63,854 bases of DNA. It comes from Squalus acanthias (lineage: Eukaryota). Of this stretch, positions 50,561 to 63,190 are shown in pieces (the first letter of the stretch is position 1; every line of letters starts with the position of its first letter). A program made the translations under genes and the position numbers. Where the stretch lies: the NCBI GenBank assembly GCA_030390025.1, contig JASTWF010000048.1, positions 147-64,000 of the forward strand, read 5' to 3'. The notes under the pieces were generated by a model that did no database searches, was not told the origin of the DNA, and saw nothing but the letters and a program-made list of their open reading frames with translations.

Positions 50561-52257
50561 CACAGTAACACACTCAGATTGAACCGTGCTACAAAAACCC
50601 ACCCGTCTCAGACACCAACCCCCAACTAGTTCTAATGATAGATAGACCGNNNNNNNNNNNNNNNNNNNNNNNNNNNNNNNNNNNNNNNNNNNNNNNNNNN
50701 NNNNNNNNNNNNNNNNNNNNNNNNNNNNNNNNNNNNNNNNNNNNNNNNNNNNNNNNNNNNNNNNNNNNNNNNNNNNNNNNNNNNNNNNNNNNNNNNNNNN
50801 NNNNNNNNNNNNNNNNNNNNNNNNNNNNNNNNNNNNNNNNNNNNNNNNNNNNNNNNNNNATCTATCTATCTATCTAACTAACTTGAATAGGTTACAAATT
50901 GCTTTTAATTAATTAAAATTTGATGTATCAACTTACTGAATGTCTTTCTTTTAAGATATTATCTTCATTTAACAACCAGATTGCGTGCTGCAGACAGAAC
51001 AACACCAGCTTCTCCAGTCTCTCCAGCAAACTGGAGTCGCTCCTCCCTGGTACCATTCTGGTAAATCTCCGCCTTACATTCTCTGCTCGAAGGAGAATAC
51101 CCCATACAATTAGGAAATAGTTAATGTTAGAACCCTTGCATTTCTCACCGATGGTTCACACTGTGCGAAGGCGTGATGCATCTTCAGATATGTTTGTCTC
51201 CGGGACACCTGCCGCATGACGGCGGTTTCAGAATCTGTTGAGAACCGTTTACCCGCTTCTCTATCAGACTCTAGGGGCCTTTTGATGTGTTTTTCATAGA
51301 ATCTGCGAATTCAGCTCAGCAAATAATTTAACCCTTGATTTCTCGCTCAGCACATCGGAACTGAAACCTGCACTGCCTGAAACAGGAGAGCATTTTTCCC
51401 AGCAACGTTCCGTTTTTCCAAGAATCATAGAATCCTACAGCACTGAAGGAGGCCATTCGGCCCGTCTGGTCTGATACGGCTCTTTGAAAGACCTATCCAA
51501 TTTGAACCCCACCGGCTTCGTCATACCCCTCTTCAATACACCCATTAGCACATCCTTCAATTCCTTTCTCTCTCATGTACTTATCTAGCATCCCCTTAAA
51601 TGCAACGATGCTATTTGACCCAAACACCCCATGTGGTAGCAAGTTTCAGATCCTCATCACACTTTGGGGAAAGAGGTTACTCCTGAATTCCCTCTTGCAT
51701 GAATTATTGTATATCTTATAAGGACCCTAAGTTTTGATCCCGATTATCAATTTAGTCCCACTCCCCTGCTGTTTCCCCATAGTCCTGTTTCTTCCATATC
51801 AAGTTTATTTCCAATTCCCTTGAAGATGTTATTATTGAATCTGCTTCCATCGCCATTTCAGGCAGTGCATTCCAGATCATGACAACTCTCTGCAATAAAA
51901 TGTACGTCTCCTCATCTCCCCGCTGGTCGTTTTGCCTATTATCTTAAATCTGTGCCCTCTGGTTAACGACCCTCCTGCCAGTGGATTTAGATTCTCCCTA
52001 TCAACTCTATCGAAACCATTGGTAATATTTAACACCTCTATTTGTCCGTTCCTTAACGTTCTGTGCTGCACGGTTCTATGAAGTTACGAAACTAGCGAAG
52101 GAATGGGATGGGGCGTGGCTTGCACAGGAAGTGACGCAAGAGTGACAATTACAACCGGATGCTTCGTATTTAATCAGATCCAATCGACAAACTGCCTTTA
52201 AACGTGGTATTTAGCTGCACTAGTTCGCACAGTGAGCCATTGTCGAATGAATAAATC

Positions 52258-53180
52258 ATGTTTCATGAAGCTCATTATCTAACGTTGATGGTGGCACTGA
52301 TCCCACGTAAGTCAAAGTAACAAACTTATGCAGAGTTCTTTGTAGAATAATGCATTATAATGCCAGCTGTTGTTCAGCTGGTTCAAATCTTGCCTTTGAA
52401 TCAGAGGATTTGGGTTGGAGTCTTACTCCTGAGACTTGAGCACAAAATCTATGCTGGCAATCACGAGACCAGCACTGAGGGAGTGCTGCACTATCGGAGA
52501 TGCCGTCTTTCAGATAAGGTGTTAAACTGAGCTGCCCTCTCAGGTGGACGTACATGATCCCATTGCACTATTGGAAGAAGAGCAGCGAAGTTGTCACCGG
52601 TGACCTGGGCCAACATTAATCCCACAACATACACCAAAAAAACAGATGTACTGGTCATTTATTTCAATGCAGTATGTGTGAGCTTGCTATGCTCAAATTG
52701 GCTGTCTCGTTTCCTTCATTACAACAATGACTCCACTTAAATCAGTACTTCATTGATTGTAAAGAGCTTTGCGACTTTCTGAGGTCGTGAGTGGCGCTTT
52801 ATGAATGGAAGATCTTTTTCTCTGTAGTCCGTGCTCAAATAAATTATTGACAAAAATAAGAAACTAATCGATGTTGCATTCGACAGGAATACTCGCCTCG
52901 TACGTGGAGCAGTCGCCTTCTGTCCTATCGATTGGAGCAGGAGAGTCGATCACGCTCACATGCACGCTGACTAATACTGGCTATACCGAAATGTACTGGT
53001 ACAGACAACAACCCGACCGGGCATTAGAAGCTCTTTTCTATTCTGTTGGAGCAGGAGCTGTTACGAAATACACGTCCGAGTCTTTTAAGGCCGAAAGAAG
53101 CAGCACTACGCTGTTTACTTTGGAACTGAGCGCCGCCTCTCCGTCTCACACCGCTGTCTATTACTGTGCTTGTAGTACCG
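52258..53180 (+). CDS. TRBV: TCR beta V segment, family C, intact (V17)
   Basis: Leader 52258-52306; V exon 52887-53180 (LFYSVG.., YYCACST); RSS 53181-53219. Confidence 0.9.
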
Positions 53181-53486
53181 CACAGCGTTTGACAAAGCGG
53201 CTCCCCCGCTACAAAAACCTTTTCAGTGCTCATTTTCCGCCACCAGGTTACCGCACGAGATATTAGTTCAGTGTTTGATTTCTACTTCACTCCTTCCCCG
53301 CCACTCCTCTCTCCAACTGCTTCGTCTCCCACCCCTCGCATCCCCTATTCCCTCCTCTGCCCTCCCCGCATGAAATGACTGGGGACAAGATGGTGAGGCG
53401 TGTAGTCTGACATCAAACGTCATCCACGCCCCGCAACAAGTAATAAATCCGTGCACTTGTGATTGAATCAGGAGGAGTGGAGGGGG

Positions 53487-53559
53487 ATGGAAGTGCGGGG
53501 CTGTGGGACCACGTATCTCTCACTCCTGCTCCACTGTCTGAATCTGGAGATTAGCTTTG
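53487..53559 (+). pseudogene. Orphan family B leader exon, donor lost
   Basis: Paralogue of 43911-43983; GT>AT at donor; no V exon follows. Confidence 0.75.
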
Positions 53560-54384
53560 ATCAGGGCACGTTTACATTTCAATGCAGTTTGATTTAATAG
53601 AGAGAGAACGCGAGAGAGAGAGAGAGAGTTAGTGAGTGAGGGAGTGAGAGAGACAGAAACAAAAAGAGAGAGAGACAGCGACAGAGACAGAGAGGAAAGA
53701 GAGAGACAAAGAGAGAGAGAAAGCGATTGAAAGAGAGGCAGCGAGACGAAAGAGAGACGAAGGAGAGACAGAGAGTAATACTTAGCGAGTGAAAGAGAGA
53801 CACAGCGACAGAGAGGGGAAAAAGAGAGAGCGATGGAGAGAGAGAAAAAGCATGTGAAAGTGAAACACAGAGACAGAGAGAGGAAAGAGAGAGACAGAGA
53901 GAGGAAAGAGAGAGACACAGAGAGAGAAAGCGAGTGAAAGATAGACAGAGAGAAAGCGAGGCAGGGAGCGAGAGACAGGAGAGAGAGTGAGACAGAGAGA
54001 GAGACAGAGAAACAAGAGGGAGACAGAAACATACACAGGCATAGAGAGAGACACACATGTACAGAGAGACATTAAGCGAGAGAGACAGAAACATACACAG
54101 CCAAACAGGGAGAGAGGCAGAGAGAGAGAGCCGGATGAACAGCTAGAGAGAAAGAGCGAGAGAGAGAGAGATTAAGAGACAGAGAGAGAAAGGGGGAGAC
54201 ATTGGCAAACACGTCGATTCCGATTGTTTGAACTGGAGAAAGTGGGTGTATCCGTCCTTCTATTGGTTCCTTATGCTCTTCATATTTTTCTCAATGATTT
54301 GAAAAGATCGCTTTGTCTCCTCGCAACACTCAATGCTCCTGCTCTTGCTCCTTCCCTCATTAGAATCAAACATTAATATAAAAG

Positions 54385-54717
54385 ATGTATCTGTTACTGG
54401 GTCTGCTGAACTTGTTCCACCTGAAGAGAAATTTTCAAACAGTAATGATTGTTAACAACCTCCATTTACTTTCTTTCTTTCTTTCTTTCTATCTATCTTT
54501 CTGTCTTTCGCTCTTGCTCCCATTCCCCATTGCCCGAATGACCCTGTCTACTGACCTCCTCCTCTCCCCGTCTCTTTCCTGGATGTGAGATCGCAGATTA
54601 TCCGCCAGACTCCCGCCGCAGTCTCCAAATTACCCCGGGAGCGTGTGGAACTGAAATGCTATGTGAAATCTGTCAGTAACCATAACATGTTCTGGCACAG
54701 GCAATACCCGGGGAAGG
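54385..54717 (+). pseudogene. TRBV: TRBV family A pseudogene, truncated in FR2 (V18)
   Basis: Same breakpoint and splice lesions as V14. Confidence 0.85.
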
Positions 54718-56548
54718 CTGCTTTCTCTAGAAAAGAGAAGACTGAGGCGTGAGCTGATAGCGAAAATTATGAAAGGTGTTCGATAGGATAAATGTAGGGA
54801 AGATATTTCCACTTGTGAGGAAGACCATGCTCGTGGTCATAAATATAAGATAGTCACTAATACGTCCAAATAGGGAACTCAGGAGAAAACACTTTACCCA
54901 GACAATGGCGAGAATGTTGAACTCGCTACCACAGGGAGTAGTTGAGACGAATAATATAGTTGCAGTTAAGGGGTAGCTAGATAAGCACATGGGGGGTGAA
55001 AGGAATAGAAGATCGTGCTGATCGAGCACAACATCAACCTGTCCTGTCTGAAGTGTTGAGGACATTCAGTCATCCGAGGTCAATGGCTTTAAATGGTAGG
55101 TGAAGTTCCCTCTGAGCAAAACAAATGAAAATAATCAATGCAAAAAGAAAGAAAAGAAGGTATGAAAAAAGAAAGAAAGAGGGAAATAAAGATTAAAGTA
55201 AAGAAGGAAAGAACGATATAATGGGAAGGGAAAAAACGATAGAAAAAGAAAGACAGAAAGAAAGAAAGTAAACACACGGGTGGGTTTTGGTCGACTGACG
55301 CTCTGTTTCTCCAAAAGGACAGCAGAGGGCGCTCTAGAACCATGAAAGACATCAGTGCCTGGAACATAGTTTAATAGGAACACAGGAACAGGAGGAGGCC
55401 ATTCAGCTCTTCAAGCCTGCCGCGCCATTTAATTTGGTCATAGCTGGAACTTATCTTAAATCCATCGAGCCGCTTTTGCTCCCTATCTCTTGATCTACTT
55501 AGCCAAGAAAAAATCTGTGAATCTCGGTCTAGAAATCTTCAATTGACAGCCAGCACGCTCATCGTTTTCGGGCAGAGAGTTGAAGATTATTTCTGCCCTT
55601 TGTGTGAAGAAGTGCTTCCTGCCCTAACGCCAGAAAGGCTTAGCTCTCACTGTAAAGTTATGCCCCGTTTTTCTAGACTCCGCCACCAGTGGACATACTT
55701 TCATTCTATCTTCCCTATCAACTCCTTTTAACATTAAAAGACTGAATCAGTTCACCCCTCAATCCTCTATACTCAAGGGTGTACAAGCCTAATCTGTACA
55801 ACCTGTCTTCATAATTTAACCCTCTAAGCCCTGGTATCATTCTGGTGAATCTGCCTTGTCCTCCCTCCAAGGACAAAACATCCTTCCTGAGGTGCGGTCC
55901 CCAGAACTGAACCTAGTTTGCCAGATGGAGTCTGACCAGGGCTCTGTCCAACTGAAGCACAAATTCCTCCCTTTTGTATTCCAGCCTCCTTGACATAAAG
56001 GCCAACATTCCATGAAGCTGTTTGATTCTTGTTTGCCCCTGGCTTTTAGTGATTTGTGTACCTGGCCAACAAAATGTCTTTGCTCCTCGACAGTTTCCAG
56101 CTTCTCATTAGTTAGAAAATACTCTGATGTTTCTTCCTCAGGCCCCCAGTGGATGACCTCATACTTGCCCACGTTCCACGTTAAACTCAACCTGCCGCAG
56201 TTTCTTCTCATCCACGTAAGTTGTTTTGGTCAACCTTGCAACTTCCTGCTCCGGTCTGCTCTGCTTACTGCCAAACAGAGAGGGAGGGGCTGGACTGTCA
56301 ATTAGAGTGGGAGGGGCTGGACGATGTTTCAGAGAGTGAGGGGGCGGGTCTGTCAATCAGCGTGGGAAGGGGTGGGGCTGTGAATCAGCCTGGGAGTGGA
56401 GGAGCGGTGCTGTCAATCAGAGAGGGAGGGGCCTGCATCACTTCTTTCCGCTCGTCAATGATTTGAAAAGGGCGGGTTGGATCCTCACAAGATTCAACGC
56501 TCTTATTTTTGCTGATTTCATTTTTGAAAGTAAATTTTAAAGTAAAAG

Positions 56549-57053
56549 ATGTATCTGTTACTGAGTCTCATGATCTTATTTCAATGTAAGTGATTTTTTC
56601 ATACAATAATCTTTGTTAATAACCTTTCTTTAATCTTTCTTTCTTTTTTTCATTGTTTCCTTCATTCTCTCTTTCTCTCGTTCTTTACTTCTTTCTTCCT
56701 CTACAAACCAGAATGCTCCTGTTTACTGACCTCCTCCTTTCCCCGTCTCTTTCCCAGACGTGAACTCAGAGACGGTCAGCCAGACTCCCGCCGCCCTCTC
56801 CAATATTCCTGGGGATGGAGTGGATATAAAGTGCGACGTGGAGGGTGCCAGTAGCGGTACCATGTCCTGGTACAGACAGGACCCGGGGAAGGGACCGCAA
56901 TTGATGTTTTACTCCGGGGCTACCAATCACGTGGATCCAGAGGGGACGGTGGACGGTTTCACCGCCAAACGACCGAATGGCAACGAGATCAATCTGAAGT
57001 CCGCTAGCCTGCAGGCGAATCACTCGGCCGTGTATTACTGCACCTGGAGTCTT
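56549..57053 (+). CDS. TRBV: TCR beta V segment, family A (ends YYCTWSL), intact (V19)
   Basis: Leader 56549-56585; V exon 56758-57053; RSS 57054-57092. Confidence 0.9.
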
Positions 57054-58943
57054 CACAGTGACTCAGAGAGATGCAGGAGCTCAACAAAAACCCCAAAGGC
57101 GGCAGGAAACACCTGTGGATGATGAAACCGCGCGGTGCCGCGTCTTGTTGGGTTTATTTTACAGAGCGAACCAGCTTTTGACAAGAATAACAGATAGGCT
57201 GGAATAAAAGCGATAAATTAGATTTAAAAAAGACACTGGAGAAGCGGCAAAGAAAGATAAGTTAAATATAGTGAAGAACGATAGAACGAAAGGAAGATAG
57301 AAAGACAGAAGGAAAGAATGATATAAAGAAAGAAACAAGTCTGAAAAGAAGGAAAAAAGGATGAAGGATAGACAGAAAGAAAGGAAGAAAGATACACAGA
57401 AAGAAAGGAAGCAGGAAAGAAAGATAGAAAGAAGGAAATGAAGTAAAAAGATTTTCGAGCTTTTACTCACAGACACTGTGTTTTCTTTCTCCACAGAGAC
57501 TAAAGAGAGGGCTCTAGGACCATGAACCACACAGTTGCTTGTAATATGGTTTAATATGGAATAGAAGGCGGTCATTCAGTCCCCTTGAGCCTAATACATA
57601 GGAACAGGAGAAGGCCATTAAGCATCCTCGAGACCGTATACACAGGTACAGGAGAAGGAGCATTTAGCCACATAAGCCTGTTACACAGTAACAGGAGGAG
57701 TCCATTCAGCCCCTCTAGTCTGTTACATAGGAACAAGAGAAGGATATTCATGCCCTCGAGTCTGCTCTGCAAGCCAATTAGATCATGGGTGATGTGTATA
57801 TTCCTTCTGTCCAACCGCATTTGCTGCACATACCTCGATAATCTTACCCTACAAATATCGGTCAATAACAGTCTTAAAGGCTCCAATTGTTCCCTCACCT
57901 TCAACATACTCTTGGAGCAGAGAGTTCCACATTTCCACTACCATTGTGTGAACAGGTAGTTTTTCACACAAGGCCTGAACGACCTAACTCTAACTTTAAG
58001 TTGCTCCCCGCTGTTCTGGACTCCCCCACCAGAGGAAATAGTTGCTCTCTATCTAACCTATCAACTTATTTTAACATTTACAAATCTCAATGAGTTCAGC
58101 ACTGAATCTTCTATACTCAAGGTAATATAGGCCATGTTTTGCAATCCTTCCTCATAATTTAACACTCTCAGTCCCGGGTATCAGTCTGGTGAATCTGCGC
58201 TGCATCCCCTCCAAGTCTAATATATCCTTCCTGAGGTGCGGTTACCAGAATTGAACTCAGTACTCCAGATGGGGTCTGACCAATTCTCTATAGGACAGAA
58301 GAATAACTTCCTGCCGTTTGTATTCCTGACCCCATGAGATAAAGGACAACATCCCTTTAGACTTTTTGATTTATTTCCCCCCTATCTACCAGCATTTAGT
58401 GAATTTTTTACCTGTACAGTTAAATCGCTTTGTTTCTCCGCAAATCCTAGCTTAAAACCATTTAGAAAATACTCTGATCTATATTTGTTAGGTCCCAAGT
58501 GCTAGGCCTCGCACTTGCCCACGTTAAATTACTTCTTGCACTGTTTTGCACGTTCACTTAATCTCTAAATCCTCTTTGCAAATCCCGGTTCCCATCTGTT
58601 CTACTTACTGTCAATCAGAGAGGGAGGGGCCGGGCTGTTCATTGGAATCGGTGGGGAGGGGCTGTCAATGAGAGAGGTATGACGGGACAGTCAAACAGAG
58701 AGGGCGGACGGGGCTGTCAATCATCGAGTGAGGGGTGAGATCGTCAGTGATAAAGGGGCGGGGCGGGATTGACAATCATAGAGAGAGGGGCGGGGCATTG
58801 TCCCTTCAGTGTTTTATGAAATAGAGACCGTTGCCGTTTACACGCGCCAGTTTGGGCCTTTCAAACAGCAGTCTCAGTGCTCCAGTCTCTGGGCAGCTTT
58901 TTGGGTCGAGGGGCTCCCGGTCTCAGACCCTCTGTCCCGGACC

Positions 58944-60063
58944 ATGCGGACTTGCCTCCTGTCCTGTCCGTTGCTGCTGTTCCTATTGGCGGGTAAGTAG
59001 AGCGAGAGCCCGGTGTCACATAGAGGGCTTTAGCTTTTGGATTAGGAATGCATTAAAGAGCCTACAAAACAAGTTTTCATCAAAAAGAGAAAGAAAGAAA
59101 GAACGAGATGAAAAGAAAGATAGAAAGAAAGAAAGATAGAACGATGGAAAGATGGAAAGGAAGAGAGAAAGAAAGAAGACAGACAGAAAGAAAAAAACTG
59201 AAAAAAGAAAGTGGGAAAGTAAGAGAACAAGGTTTTTGGAGCAAGTAGACTATATCTGTTTAGTGACACATAAAGGAGATAAATTGTGTTAAATAAAGGC
59301 GGGATGGACATTTAGTTAACTGGGTTAGTTCTATAATATTTGAACCAGTGAGTGACATTTCCACGCCAATCCAGCTTACAAGGAGAGCTCCACTAAACCT
59401 ACTGGCTCCTGTCTAACTACAAGTGCCTGCCGGTTTAGAATATTAATCTTGTTTTGCCAACTCGACTAAACCAGAATGTCGCGCGGTAGAGACGGTAGAC
59501 TGTATGTTTTAAGGAGCAGAGGAGCAGGGGGGTGATAGGGTAGATAGAGGAAATAATTTCTCCCTATCTAGCCTATCCAATCCTTTGATCACTATTAGAT
59601 TTCAGTGAAAATACAGAAAATACATCGATTGAAATGAAAAGTAAGAGTGTGAGAGAAAGGGGAATATCAGTCAAAGAACAGCTAATCATTAAACAGGTTA
59701 ATGTGTCTTATTTCTGGGGAAATAACTGTCTCTCTTTGCTGTTCTTTCCCGTTTTGATTCGAGGTGTTGGCGGATCTCAGAAGATAGTGCAGTCCCGGGA
59801 GTATGTGTCGGTGAGAGAGGGCGAGTCTGTGACTATCCCGTGTACCCAACGCGGGACTGATTCTAATATGTACTGGTACCGTCAGCTGCCGGGCCAGGGT
59901 CTCCAGAACCTTCTGCAAGCGGTGTATGAAGATGATCCGAGCAGGTCGGACGGGATCACGGAGCGATTTTGGGCCAAAAAAACTGCAGATAACTCCTTCG
60001 ATCTGAAGATCTCGATGGTGCGGCCGAACGACACGGCGCGGTATTTCTGCGCCTGCAGTGATG
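58944..60063 (+). CDS. TRBV: TCR V segment, family D (ends YFCACSD), open; weak GAG acceptor (V20)
   Basis: Leader 58944-58992; V exon 59764-60063; RSS CACAGAG(60064)-23-ACAAAAACC(60094-60102). Confidence 0.82.
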
Positions 60064-60390
60064 CACAGAGATACACTCAGACTGAACCGTGCTACAAAAA
60101 CCCGCCCGTCTCAGACACTACCGCCTAACCAGTTCTATTGATAGATAGACCGGGATAGAGTGAAGAAGAGGGATAGAGAGAGGGTGAGAGGGAGAGAGAA
60201 GGAGACGGAGAGAGAGAGAGGGAGGGCGAGAGGGTGTGAGACGGAACAGAGACAGAGAGATAGGGAGAGTGGGAGCGCGAAGGCAACAGCGAGGCAGGTT
60301 TAGAGAGTGACAGGGAAAGAGAGACATTGAGAGATAGAGAAGACAGAGGGAGAGACGGAGAGCGAGCTGTCCAAAGATTTATGCATGTAT

Positions 60391-60434
<44 letters not shown>

Positions 60435-62349
60435 TGATCTCTCTATCTTTGGATGATTATAATTTGTTATTAAATAATTGTAAAATGTTATATCAATGCA
60501 TTCAATGTCCTTTTTAAACAAATTAAGTACATTTTAATCAACAGATTTTGCGGTGGGTAAATGAGTTAACGTCAGTGGTGAAAGAGTGGTTGGTGGAGTA
60601 TGTGGAGGAGATACCCATACCTGCCGATGTGCCAGTGAATTATTCCTGTTATTTCCCCTATTGCAATAGCGACTTGAGACGCGCTCCTTGTCACAGCATC
60701 ATGAAATGATACTTCACGGAAGGAGGCCATTCGACCCATCGCACCTGTGCCGGCTCTGTGAAAAAGCTATTATATTAGTCCCATTCCCCTGCCCTATCCC
60801 CTATAGACCTGCAACGTTTCCTCCAGGAAATATGTATCCAATTTCCTTTTGAATGTTACTATTGTATCTGTTTCCACCACCCTTTCAGGATGAGCATTTG
60901 AGATCATAACAAACCGCTGTGAAGAAAAAAAATTCTCCGCCTGTCGCCTCTGGATCTTGTACCATTTACCTTATATCCGTGTGCTTTGGTTATCGATCCT
61001 CCTGCCAGTGGAAACAATTTATCATTATTTACTCGATCAAAACCCTTTATTATCTTTAACAAAGGATACGGTAGCATAGGCGTTATGCTGCTGAACCAGT
61101 AATCCAGAGTTCGGGAAAAATGATCCAGAGACATGAGTTCAAATTCTACCATGACCACGAATTTAAATTCAGTTAATTGACTAAATCTCGAATTGAAAAG
61201 CAAGTATCAGTAATAATGACCATGAAACTACAGGAGTGTCGTAAAAACCCAGTTGGTTCACTTAACTGCTCTCTTGTGGTTCAAGAACGCTTTCTCACCA
61301 CCACCTTTCCCAAGGGCAATTAGGGATTGACAATAAATGCCAGCGACGCCCACATCCTATGAATAAAAAAAATCTCCATTACATCTCACATTAACATTCT
61401 CTGCTTTAATTAGAACAATCCCAGCTTCCCTATCTCTCATACCTGACGTCCCTCATCCCTGGTACCATTCTGGTAAATCTCCTCTTAACCTTCACTAAGG
61501 CGAACAGCCCCATATACATAGGATATAGTTCATCTTAGAACCCTTAAACGTGTCACGAATGTTTCACACTGTGCAAAGGCCAGATGACTCCCCAGATATG
61601 TTTGTCACTGAGACACCTGCTTCCTGACGGCGGGTGCAAACTCTGTTGAAAACCGTTTACCCACTTCTCATCAGACACTAGGCGCCTTTTGAAGTGTTTT
61701 TTGAAATAATCTAGAAGTTCAGCCCAGGGAAGAATTTAACCCTTTAATTCGCGTTTAGCACATGGGAACTGAAAGCTGCACTGCCTGAAACAAGAGAGAA
61801 CTTTGACCCAACAATGATCCGTGTTTTATAGAACCATAGAATCCTACAACACAGAGAGAGGTCACTCGATCAGTCCAGTCCGTGCCGGCTCTTTGAAAGA
61901 GAGATTCAATTAGTTCCAACATGAGACTCCTCCCTCCCAGCTTCCTCTCACCCCGTCAACATATCCTTCTATTCCTTTCTCCCTCATGTGTTTATCTCGC
62001 TTCCCCTTAAATGCATTTGTGTTATTTCCCTCAACTACGCCTTGTGGTAGCGAGTTCCACATTCTCACCACTCTCTGCGTAAAGAGGTTTCTCCTGAATT
62101 CCCTATTGGATTTATTAATGTCTTTCTGATACTTATCACCTCTAGTTTTGGCCTCTCCTATCCAATTATTCCCACACCCCTGCTCATTCCCCGCAGACCT
62201 GTTTTTTTCCTCTTCAAGTTGATGTCCAATTCCCTTGTCAAAGTTACCAGTGAATCTGTCCCCAGCATCCTTTCAGTAAGTGCATTCCCGATCATAACAT
62301 CTTGCGGCATAAAAAATCTGTTTCCTCATCTACCAGTTGGATTTAGAAG

Positions 62350-63190
62350 CAGAGAAACATAGAAAAATAGGAGCAAGGGTAGGCCATTCGGCCCTTCGAG
62401 CCTGCTCCGCCATTCAATATGATCATGGCTGATCCTCTATCTCAATACCATATTCCCGCTATCTCCCCACACCCCTTACTGCCTTTTGTGTCTAGAAATC
62501 TATCTATCTCCTTCTTAAATATATTCAGTGACTTGGCCTCAACAGCCTTCTGTGGGAGAGAATTCCACATGTTCACCATCCTCTGTGTGAACAAATTTCT
62601 CCTCATCTCAGTCCTTAATGTTCTACCCCGTATCCTGAGACTGTGACCTCTCGTTCTAGACAGCCCCAGCCAGGTGAAACATCCTCCCTGCATCCAGTCT
62701 GTTTAGCCCTGTCAGAATTTTATACGTTTCAGTGAGATCCCCTCTCATTCTTCTAAACTCTAGTGACTACAGGCCGAGGCCCTCCTCATACGACAGACCA
62801 GCCATTCCAGGAATCTGTCTGGTGAACCTTCGCTGCACTCCCTCTATGGCAAGTATATCCTTTCTTAGGTAAGGAGACCAAAACTGCACACGATACTCCA
62901 GGTGTGGTCTCACCAAGGCCCTGTCTAACTGTAGGAAGACATCCTTGCTCCTGTACTCAAATCCTCATTTTTAAACACGATTTGACTTTCATAAATCCAT
63001 GTTGACTTTGTCTAATCCCGTTGATATTTTCTAAGTGTCCTGTTATCACATCCTTTATAATAGACTCTAGCATTTTCCCTACGACTGATGTTAGGTTAAC
63101 CGGTCTGTAGTTCCCTGTTTTCTCTCTCCCTCCTTTTTTAAATAGTGGGGTTACATTTGCCAACCTCCAATCTGCAGGAACTGTTCCATA
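62350..63190 (-). mobile_element. CR1 LINE fragment(s)
   Basis: VPADWRLANVTPLFKKG..NYRPV..QHGF joined to RTRGH..WNSLP and 3' tail. Confidence 0.88.

Noticed and set aside
52228-52260. CACAGTG heptamer upstream of the family C leader
   Set aside because: No credible nonamer at 12 or 23 bp; not a D or J RSS. No D/J (FGxG) segments were seen anywhere in the window
3574-60102. Alternative identity as IgH/IgL, IgNAR or TCR gamma/delta V genes
   Set aside because: No clustered D-J-C as in shark Ig loci; CAWS ending, WYRQ, TRBV30-like frameworks and 23-RSS fit TCR beta best (family D least certain)
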